The translations under genes and the position numbers were made by a program. From contig CBFHOE010000018.1 in the NCBI GenBank assembly GCA_965657355.1, positions 1 through 13,217 of the forward strand: a stretch of 13,217 nt of DNA, in the 5' to 3' direction. Positions within the stretch are counted from its first letter, which is position 1, and each line of letters opens with the position of its first letter. Under the pieces are notes generated by a model. It ran no database searches. It worked only from the letters and a program-made list of their open reading frames with translations, and was not told where the DNA came from. Origin of the DNA: Limisphaerales bacterium (GTDB taxonomy: Bacteria > Verrucomicrobiota > Verrucomicrobiia > Limisphaerales > JAJOIW01). This document shows, piece by piece, positions 1 through 7,021 of the stretch.

Positions 1-117
1 CCTGCTCATCAATTTTACAGAACCATCACCTCGGGTCCTGTTTCCTTACCTCATTAACAGATTATGATTTAGTTGTCTTTGGAATCTATTCTGAGAAAAA
101 ATTTTAAACCGAGTCTT

Positions 118-450
118 TGCCTCTCCGATCGATTAACCGACAGCGCGAGTTGCCTCGTGACCGACAGAGGCGACATCAATCCGCAGATGCAGCGTATTTT
201 TGCCGTAATTAACCAGCCCGTATTGGAGGTCAAGCGCATCCTCGAACTGAATTCGGATCACCCGGTTTTGGAAAAAATGACCACCCTGTTCGACTCAAAC
301 AAAAAAGATCCTGAAATCGCTGACTACTCAGAACTGCTCTACGATTAGGCATTGCTAACTGAGGGCGTAGCCGTAAAGGATCCCGTGCGTTTTTCCAAAC
401 TTATCAGTGATTTAATGGTCGCAAATAGTTGGTTCAGAAGCCTGACTTGA
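118..450 (+). pseudogene. htpG: 3' remnant of the Hsp90 chaperone gene (C-terminal ~110 codons), 5'-truncated, with an internal nonsense codon
   Basis: Frame reads LSDRLTDSASCLVTDRGDINPQMQRIF...KRILELNSDHPVLEKM...DYSELLYD*ALLTEGVAVKDPVRFSKLISDLM. This matches the HtpG C-terminal motifs (S-x-RLTDSP-x-CLV, KRILE-x-NP-x-HP, LLYDQALL-x-EG, DP-x-x-F). TAG at 346-348 replaces the expected Gln (CAG). The frame closes at TGA 448-450. No ATPase domain lies upstream. Confidence 0.88.
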
Positions 451-584
451 GCACCGTCAAACGTAAAAGATTTTATCGAAACTTCTACCTCAAAATAGAA
501 CTCATTAATCAAAAATCAAAATAGTTTGAACCATTGCCACTTTTCCTTCCTTAAAATGACAAACTAAATTGGTTTCATCTGCGC

Positions 585-2267
585 ATGAGTATGATTAGAT
601 ACACGGCCTTAATTGCCTGCTTTTTAATTCCGTTCAAAAGCAGTGTTCTTGGAGATGGATTATTTTCAGATATCCCCTCTTTATCAGACAAGGCACATGA
701 CTCATTGATTGCTCACTATAACAGCACAAAAGGAGTTGAAGACAAGAATGGCATTGTGATTTCTTGGACTCCTGTGGATGGAAACGGCAATCTGTTGAAT
801 GACATGATTCTCAACTCCAAACAAAGAGGCGGTGGCGAAGAAAATCTTATTACAACTGATGGCAGCGGCAAAATAATATTTGATGACACAGAGATAACCG
901 CCGACGGGAGGTATCTTGAGGGAACATTATCAAATAAAGAATCCACAGAATTCACTGTTTTTTGGAAGGGTTTTTACAACCCAAATGCTCCATTTGCCAC
1001 ATCTGGAACATATGCTTACAACATCGGCATAAACAACACCTCTCACCAGAGAGATGATGGCAAAGGCGGATTTGTCGTTGAACAGTACAACGGCACTACC
1101 TATGCCGGAGATGACATAACCTCCTACGATGAAAAAACTACAGCATGGAGCACTGTTCTCACAGCTAACAGTCATACTTTTTACGCAAACGGAAAAAATC
1201 TGAATGTCGGCGGCACGCCTACTTACAAAATAAAATCAAACGCTTCAATCATTGTTGGCGCCTATAGTTCGAGCGGCTATGATTTTATGGGTGAAATCGA
1301 ACAATTGATTATTTTTGAGACCGCCCTATCGGAAGCAGACAGAAAACTCGTGGAAAAGTATCTAGGGAGTAATGATCAGGATGACGACGGCAACACTGAA
1401 AAAGAAAAACCCGAAATATCGATTAAAAGAAATGATGATGCTGTTGAATTGTCCTTATCAAACGAAGCTCATCTCCTTGCTTCGTATGATTTAGCAGAGT
1501 GGTTCATCATACCCGAGACCGATTCAAAAGTAACTATCAGCAAAACCTCAGATCAAACCTTCTATCAGGCTGCATCCGAGTTCGGGACGATTCCATCCGG
1601 CATCGTATTAAGAACTAAAATTGAATCCGACACTTGGAGAGAAGTTCAATTTAACGTTGATACAGGAGAATTATTTTTTATTGGTGAACAATCCCATGGT
1701 TTCGACCACTACACATCGAACGGTAACGATCTTTGGTGGTGTTACATGAACACCACAGGAAAAGGATCCGGACTTTTAGAACTTTTAATGGACAAAAATA
1801 TTAATGCCATGCCTACAAAAAACAAAGCGCTGGAGAGCGGCTGGACAACCTACACTTCAAGTATTTATAGCTTTCTCGAACTGAAACCATTGTCATCACA
1901 AAAATCTTTAATAAATAATACAGTACCGGGGACAATCGGAGAGGCAGATACAACCGAAGCCTATACCAATGATTATGAAAAAGTAGACGGCAGCAAATTA
2001 TTTTACACTCTTTACAAAAACAGCAATAACGGAAATATCTATTTGGGAGTAGGAGGCCCTTCACTCAACAAAATCATCACATCACTTCCTCCCGGGGATG
2101 GCAGTTCGAACCGTGATAACGGTGTAAGAGGTGACGTGGCATTCAAGGCTACGATACTTCTGTCTCAAGACGACAAATTGGAATTAATAAACAAATTTAA
2201 ACCAAAATATCCGATTTACAACGATAGCTCTTCAGCCTATTACTACGAACATCCAGACGGACTCTAG
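585..2267 (+). CDS. Secreted protein, 560 aa: signal peptide, LamG/concanavalin-A-like domain, acidic linker, ~55-aa beta module, uncharacterised C-terminal domain
   Basis: Long ORF with a hydrophobic N-terminus (IRYTALIACFLIPF). LamG-like end motif FYANG...IIVGAY...FMGEIEQLIIFETALSEADRKLVEKYL, followed by linker NDQDDDGNTEKEK. Confidence 0.85.
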   Translation: MSMIRYTALIACFLIPFKSSVLGDGLFSDIPSLSDKAHDSLIAHYNSTKGVEDKNGIVISWTPVDGNGNLLNDMILNSKQRGGGEENLITTDGSGKIIFDDTEITADGRYLEGTLSNKESTEFTVFWKGFYNPNAPFATSGTYAYNIGINNTSHQRDDGKGGFVVEQYNGTTYAGDDITSYDEKTTAWSTVLTANSHTFYANGKNLNVGGTPTYKIKSNASIIVGAYSSSGYDFMGEIEQLIIFETALSEADRKLVEKYLGSNDQDDDGNTEKEKPEISIKRNDDAVELSLSNEAHLLASYDLAEWFIIPETDSKVTISKTSDQTFYQAASEFGTIPSGIVLRTKIESDTWREVQFNVDTGELFFIGEQSHGFDHYTSNGNDLWWCYMNTTGKGSGLLELLMDKNINAMPTKNKALESGWTTYTSSIYSFLELKPLSSQKSLINNTVPGTIGEADTTEAYTNDYEKVDGSKLFYTLYKNSNNGNIYLGVGGPSLNKIITSLPPGDGSSNRDNGVRGDVAFKATILLSQDDKLELINKFKPKYPIYNDSSSAYYYEHPDGL

Positions 2268-2299
2268 CGGTAGATTTAGCACTTAAAAAGCGGTACTCA

Positions 2300-2660
2300 C
2301 TACGGTCGCCGAAACGATCGCATCCAGCTGTAACGCTTGAAGCTTTCCCAAAGACCCCCGTTGTCATTGGCACGGGAATCACCGTTTTTTTGAGGAACAC
2401 ATCCATTTCGTCTCGGTACTTTTGTGTGACCTTCAGGAGAGTCGGATCTAGTGCGAGGTTGTTCAGGCAGTCGGGATCCTTTTGATATCGAACAACTCCT
2501 CTCCCGGACGCTTGTTGACCGGCAGGTGAAAGAACGGTTTGTATCTGGGGTCATTGCGGTTCTCGATGAGAAACGTGAGCGTCAGGCAGGCGTCGATATC
2601 GTGACAGCCAGCTTGCATCGGCCCCAGTTTTCTGGGTGAGTTGAACTTCTTGGTGGGAGT
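2300..2660 (-). pseudogene. 3' remnant of a sulfatase (sulfamidase/N-sulfoglucosamine sulfohydrolase-like C-terminus) with two frameshifts
   Basis: Three short minus-strand frames join into LGPMQAGCHDIDACLTLTFLIENRNDPRYKPFFHLPVNKRPGEELFDIK / DPDCLNNLALDPTLLKVTQKYRDEMDVFLKKT / GDSRANDNGGLWESFKRYSWMRSFRRP*. This carries the sulfatase C-terminal signature RP-x-EEL(F/Y)D-x-x-x-DP-x-x-x-x-NLA...L-x-x-TGDPR. Shifts are near 2480 and 2383. The 5' boundary is approximate. Confidence 0.85.
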
Positions 2661-2976
2661 CAGCCTTTCCTTTAGTAGCTTATAAAAACTCACCCTCAGC
2701 AAAAAATACAATGCTCCATGGGGGTTTTAGTTTGTCATAATTAAGCCCCCCTCTATAAAGTATTTACATCGGCTTTTTTCGGGATCTCTCAGTTTAATCT
2801 CTTCTTGTATTATTTACCCAATTTAAATATCTGAAATCATTACAAAAAAGTTCTTCAGTGGTGGAACTATTTGAAAAAGAATATAAAAGCACGTATTTGG
2901 TTTTGGGTTTGTTGAATTCCCAAGCAGAGTAACTTTTTTATTCGAAACTGTCAGATTTGATCGTAACTATTACATT

Positions 2977-4941
2977 TTATAAGGCAGGAATTTCTTTTCT
3001 CTTATAAGATCTTATTCTCTGCATTGAGATTGCCTCTTTGGTAGAGTCTTCAGACTGTCTATGAATTATTGCTGCTCTTTGAGAATGTTTCATTGCCTTT
3101 CCAAAATCTCCTCTTTTGCACTCAGCAAAAGATAGAAGGTCTAGAAAATCAGCATTTCGATAGTCTGTTATTTTACATAAATGTGATGCAATACCATAAG
3201 CATCGTTAATATTAATAAATTTTTTATCTTTTGCTGTTAACAGAACCCACGCCAAATTTTCTGCTGCTTTTATGCTTGTTGGGACTGTTTTTATAATATC
3301 TTTATAGGTGCTAATAACAGATTGCGTATCACCAGATTTTTTGAATACTTCAGCACGCAGCATCATTGCCGAGGCAAACTCTGCACGTATTGTTGGATCT
3401 TTTGGATTAAGTTTGGCAGCTTTTACAAAATGATTAATAGCTTCCTCCAATGAAGATAATGAGTCACTTGATTGACTTAGCAACAATTTTCCCAGACGAA
3501 TATAAGTTCGGTATTCGTCTGGGTATTCTCTTATAGCAGCCCTAAGTGATTTTTCGGCTTCAATGAAATCTCCCTTATCTAGTTGCAAAGAACCAATGGT
3601 AAAATACAAGTTTCCAATTTGCTTTGGATGAATCCCCCCCATCTGTTGTTTCGTTTCAATAAAATTATTTAGGAAATTTATTCCTTCATCAATTTGGTTG
3701 TGTGCTACAAATTGCGAATTAACTAGTGAGGGATTGGCTGTTTTAGGATTATTCACCCATCGGCCAGTAAAAGGTGTAGCTTTGTCTCTGAGCTCATTGG
3801 AATTCATCTCTAATAATGCCATATCCTCAATAATCTGGTTGGAATCAACTGGGCCTTTGTAAATTACCGCGACCTCACCATTCTTATCTACAAGAAAACT
3901 ACTTGGCACTGGCATAGTTTCCCAGCGGTCGAGTAGGCCTCGTTGAAATAGATCTAGATTTAAAACTGTCTGAGAAGTTGCATTACCGGCCTCGAATGGC
4001 CACTTTATTTTTGCCAGAATTTCACCAGCTTTGCGCGCGTCCTTTTCTTCCACATTCAACGCCATAATATCAAGTCCATTGGACCGGATCTTAGCTTTGT
4101 TCGAGGTCAATGATATTAGCTCTTCATGGCATGGACCGCACCACGTGGCCCATAAGTTAATTAACAAAGGGCCTTTTAATTCACTTTTTAAAATTTCACT
4201 GCTTTCACCATCGATTGAAGTATAAACTGAAGGCAAGGGAAGACGACTGATTGGTATAATTCTGGATTTTGATTCTTTTGAGTTTGGTGTCTGCTTCGAA
4301 ATATGTAATTCCTTTCTAGATTTAGGTGGCAACCAAATTGTTGGTTTTTGATTAAATTCCACAACATAGAAATTATTCTCCTCGATGGATTGTAATTTTT
4401 GTTTTCTTCCACCAGGCCAGCAAACTTCCAAATAATCTATGTCTTCTATTTTTGGGAATGAAAAGTGCAACCAGCGGCTTTCTTGAGAAAGAAACGCATC
4501 CCCTGCTTGTAGCAATCTGGTCAGAGGTTTGGAATTATTTTTTAGATACAGTTTAATCGAGGATCCGAAGGGATCTTTGCTAATTTGATTGCCATCCCCC
4601 TTGAGCCAGACGCTTACGAAATTGGATTTTGGTTGTGAGTTTTCAGAATGGTTAACAAGCAAACGTAGCCTTGGGGAAGTGCGGGAAGTAATCCAGAGGT
4701 CTTTATCACCATCAAAATCCCAATCACAACTTACTAGCGCTCTGGCATCATCCTCGAAATTTATCCCACTGAGACCAGATACATCGACAAATCCATTTCC
4801 AGCTAAATTTAAAAAAACGCAGTTTTTTTCATGCCCACTGAACGACTTTCCTTCATGAATTAATCTATGAATAGCACTCCAACCACGACGGTAATCAGAC
4901 GCTTGTTTTAAGTCTTTAGGATCTGTAGGGGATTGCGACAC
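2977..4941 (-). CDS. 3' segment of the read-through gene, as a standard caller would split it: last FG-GAP repeat, ASPIC/UnbV, TlpA/redoxin, TPR repeats
   Basis: SFSGHEKNCVFLN...FVDVSGLSG, DWDFDGDKD. UnbV-like AGDAFLSQESRWLHF...LEVCWPGG. Redoxin LLINLWATWCGPCHEEL (CGPC at 4129-4140) and PVPSSFLVDKNGEV. TPR-like GDFIEAEKSLRAAIREYPD and EEAINHFVKAAKLNPKD. Clearly coding, but an independent start at GTG 4941 is doubtful. Confidence 0.8.
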   Translation of the reverse strand: MSQSPTDPKDLKQASDYRRGWSAIHRLIHEGKSFSGHEKNCVFLNLAGNGFVDVSGLSGINFEDDARALVSCDWDFDGDKDLWITSRTSPRLRLLVNHSENSQPKSNFVSVWLKGDGNQISKDPFGSSIKLYLKNNSKPLTRLLQAGDAFLSQESRWLHFSFPKIEDIDYLEVCWPGGRKQKLQSIEENNFYVVEFNQKPTIWLPPKSRKELHISKQTPNSKESKSRIIPISRLPLPSVYTSIDGESSEILKSELKGPLLINLWATWCGPCHEELISLTSNKAKIRSNGLDIMALNVEEKDARKAGEILAKIKWPFEAGNATSQTVLNLDLFQRGLLDRWETMPVPSSFLVDKNGEVAVIYKGPVDSNQIIEDMALLEMNSNELRDKATPFTGRWVNNPKTANPSLVNSQFVAHNQIDEGINFLNNFIETKQQMGGIHPKQIGNLYFTIGSLQLDKGDFIEAEKSLRAAIREYPDEYRTYIRLGKLLLSQSSDSLSSLEEAINHFVKAAKLNPKDPTIRAEFASAMMLRAEVFKKSGDTQSVISTYKDIIKTVPTSIKAAENLAWVLLTAKDKKFININDAYGIASHLCKITDYRNADFLDLLSFAECKRGDFGKAMKHSQRAAIIHRQSEDSTKEAISMQRIRSYKRKEIPAL

Positions 4942-6834
4942 GACCTGCCGCCAATATAAACTTCACAAATCTCCGGTGTCCTCGGTTGTGATAAATCCAT
5001 TTGCCACAACGATATCCTCCCACCCATCATTATTAACATCTACAAATCTTGATCCCCAAGCCCATCGCCCCATTGTCACTCCCATTTCCTCACTCACATC
5101 TTTGAACCCTGTGGCATTTGAGTTTCCAAGAAACAGAGAATTACCTCTAGCATGTCGTTGGTACGCTTTTCGAACATTCACGTCGAAATCAGGCCTAAAT
5201 TGTCTTTGAAAGGTTATACGATTGCCAGCTGCTGAAAACATATTACTGATATAGAAATCCAATGCCCCGTCGCGATTCAAGTCGGCCCAATCTACCGACA
5301 TACCAGAGGACATATCTTCAACCCCTAATTTGTTTGCTACGTCCTCAAATTTATCACCTTGGTTAAGGTACAAATTGTTGCGACCATAATCGTTTGCGAC
5401 ATAGAGATCTTGATCTCCATCTTGATCAAAATCAATCCACGTCGCAGCAAAACTGAATCTGTTGTTATTTTGATTTAATCCCGACTTTTCTGTGGCGTCT
5501 ATAAATCTCCACTTCGATATTTGCTCGAGTAAAATGTTAGGTCCACCATTTTTAGCATCATGGTATGGCACCGGCTCTCCCATTGATATTGTCTTTGATG
5601 GATCCGTTGATCCATTATATCCGCATGCAAAGAGATCGAGGTCACCATCTTTATCATAATCAGTTACAGCCAGAGAAAAAATCTGAGCTTGAGTTAGATG
5701 TTCATGCACTAGCTTAAATTCTCCTCCACCATTATTGGCCATAAAAACAATTCGAAAATCTAAACTGACGACAAGGTCCTGATCTCCATCGTTGTCGAAA
5801 TCAGAAAATATGGCGCTGGTAGAAAAATCCAACCAATCAGATTTTGATTGGTGTGAAAAATCGGTAAGTGTGCCATCTGGATTTTGAATAAATAATCTAT
5901 TTGGTAATCCTCCTTGTTGACATAAATAAATATCTTCAAGCATATCTCCATTTACATCACCCATTGAAATTCCGTGATGGGCAATCGCATCCAGTCCTAA
6001 ATCCCGAGTAAGCCTAGATCGCCAATGATCAGATGAATATAATAAATGATTTTTGTAACTCTTATTCTTTCCCAAAACTGATGAAGTGGCATCCGAGAAA
6101 AGTGGCTTCGAATCTTTAATTTGAAGTGTTACTTCTTCATGGTTTATAGCTTTTATCGATGTAATCTTGTTTTGTTCTTCATCCTTGGACCAGCTAATCA
6201 ACCATTCTGAGTTAAGCTGACGTCTGCCACTTGGAAATAAGCCGGTAGCATGAAAATAAACATGAGTATCGATTAGTTGTTTTTCTTGAGTGGTGTCCAC
6301 CTTAAAAAGCTTTATTTCTGAATCAACAATCTCATGCTCAGATACAGTCTGGAGAAGCTCTTGAAAAACTAATCCTGGATTATTGTGTTTTGAGAAATTG
6401 AATGTAGATGCACTGCTCACAGAAAACATTTCATTCTCATATTTTTGAATAAGGTCTTTTGGTATGATTTGGAATTTTGCACCAGTTTGAAAATATTGGA
6501 ACAAATCATCCGAAGTTAAGGTAGAGGGATTGGCTAACTTCTTTGCAATTTTCTTGAGTTTAGAACTAGCAGATTCACTAAACGATTCGGTTTCCCAACC
6601 ATCAATTTTAGGGTCTAATTTGGATAAAACTTCAGCAAGCGGAGCGATATAATTCGATGTGGATTTCTTTAAGTTTGGAAGTGCAGAGATTTCTTCTGTC
6701 TTAATCGCTGGGCTGATGTTAGATGGATTCTTTGAACAGTTAACGCAGGTCGAAACCATTAAGACCATCAACAGAAATTGCACGCTCGATCGAATCAACT
6801 GAGGTTCATAGACACTTTTACTCCCAACTTTCAC
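2977..6834 (-). CDS. Putative selenoprotein, 1285 aa with UGA read-through at codon 624: FG-GAP/VCBS (CRTAC1-like) propeller + ASPIC/UnbV + TlpA-like thioredoxin + TPR
   Basis: ORFs 4963..6834 and 2977..4941 are in frame with a 21-nt stop-free gap: GAT TTG TGA AGT TTA TAT TGG CGG CAG GTC GTG TCG. A SECIS-like hairpin follows directly. Six DxxxDGxxD repeats precede the UGA and a seventh (DWDFDGDKD) follows it. The start codon (GTG 6834) is uncertain. Confidence 0.82.
4932..4955 (-). promoter_or_regulatory. Candidate bacterial SECIS element
   Basis: mRNA UGA-AGUUUAU-AUUG(G)CGGCA-GGUCG-UGUCGCAAU forms a 9-bp stem (one G-U pair, one bulged G) with a 5-nt GGUCG loop beginning 17 nt after the UGA. 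It shares GCAGGUC with the E. coli fdhF SECIS apex. Confidence 0.75.
4963..6834 (-). CDS. 5' segment of the read-through gene (the product if UGA terminates): FG-GAP/VCBS repeat, CRTAC1-like protein with signal or lipoprotein-like N-terminus
   Basis: Repeats DVNGDMLED, DFDNDGDQD, DYDKDGDLD, DFDQDGDQD, DLNRDGALD and DVNNDGWED. Family motifs LYVANDYGRNNLY, SSGMSVDWAD and WAWGSRFVD. Hydrophobic stretch FLLMVLMVSTCVNC near the N-terminus. Confidence 0.85.
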   Translation of the reverse strand: MKVGSKSVYEPQLIRSSVQFLLMVLMVSTCVNCSKNPSNISPAIKTEEISALPNLKKSTSNYIAPLAEVLSKLDPKIDGWETESFSESASSKLKKIAKKLANPSTLTSDDLFQYFQTGAKFQIIPKDLIQKYENEMFSVSSASTFNFSKHNNPGLVFQELLQTVSEHEIVDSEIKLFKVDTTQEKQLIDTHVYFHATGLFPSGRRQLNSEWLISWSKDEEQNKITSIKAINHEEVTLQIKDSKPLFSDATSSVLGKNKSYKNHLLYSSDHWRSRLTRDLGLDAIAHHGISMGDVNGDMLEDIYLCQQGGLPNRLFIQNPDGTLTDFSHQSKSDWLDFSTSAIFSDFDNDGDQDLVVSLDFRIVFMANNGGGEFKLVHEHLTQAQIFSLAVTDYDKDGDLDLFACGYNGSTDPSKTISMGEPVPYHDAKNGGPNILLEQISKWRFIDATEKSGLNQNNNRFSFAATWIDFDQDGDQDLYVANDYGRNNLYLNQGDKFEDVANKLGVEDMSSGMSVDWADLNRDGALDFYISNMFSAAGNRITFQRQFRPDFDVNVRKAYQRHARGNSLFLGNSNATGFKDVSEEMGVTMGRWAWGSRFVDVNNDGWEDIVVANGFITTEDTGDL

Positions 6835-6894
6835 TTTTTAGGTTTATTTAAAACTTACAATTAAGCACCAGTAAATTTTTAGATAACTATTTGA

Positions 6895-6922
6895 ATGTTA
6901 AATGATTACTTGCTTATGTCGA
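6895..6922 (-). promoter_or_regulatory. Possible sigma70-type promoter for the FG-GAP/selenoprotein gene
   Basis: Minus strand TCGACA-16 nt-TAACAT, between the upstream terminator and the GTG at 6834. Weak match in AT-rich DNA. Confidence 0.25.
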
Positions 6923-6945
6923 CCATGTCACAATTTAGTAGCTTC

Positions 6946-6980
6946 AAAAAAATAAAGCCCCGGCTCACTGGAGCCGGGGC
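6946..6980 (-). terminator. Rho-independent terminator of the 1798-aa gene
   Basis: Perfect 10-bp stem GCCCCGGCTC/GAGCCGGGGC (6957-6966, 6971-6980) with a 4-nt loop. It is followed on the minus strand by TTTATTTTTTT and starts ~40 nt after the stop at 7022. Confidence 0.92.
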
Positions 6981-7021
6981 GGGGTGCTTAATCCTAAGTT
7001 AGTATGTTGTGTTAGTATGTG

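Noticed and set aside
346..348. TAG at a conserved Gln position, suggesting amber-to-Gln recoding
   Set aside because: The fragment is 5'-truncated, the long genes have no in-frame TAG, and 585..2267 and the sulfatase tail end at TAG. A C>T nonsense mutation is simpler.
2197..2711. Four small ORFs (2197..2406, 2300..2554, 2451..2639, 2463..2711) as independent genes or an IS remnant
   Set aside because: Three are pieces of the frameshifted sulfatase and one is its antisense shadow. There are no transposase motifs or terminal inverted repeats.
2844..2872. Weak hairpin AGTTC...GAACT followed by a T-run on the minus strand as a terminator for the read-through gene
   Set aside because: A 5-bp AT-rich stem with a 10-nt loop is too weak to support.
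4963..4965. Genome-wide UGA reassignment (code 4 or 25) as the cause of the in-frame UGA
   Set aside because: It is the only internal UGA in ~3600 codons of long ORFs rich in Trp and Gly, which points to site-specific recoding.
6998..7020. 10-bp direct repeat GTTAGTATGT (6998-7007, 7011-7020) just after the stop of the large gene
   Set aside because: Only two copies with a 3-nt gap. This is likely a slippage duplication, not a CRISPR array or target-site duplication.
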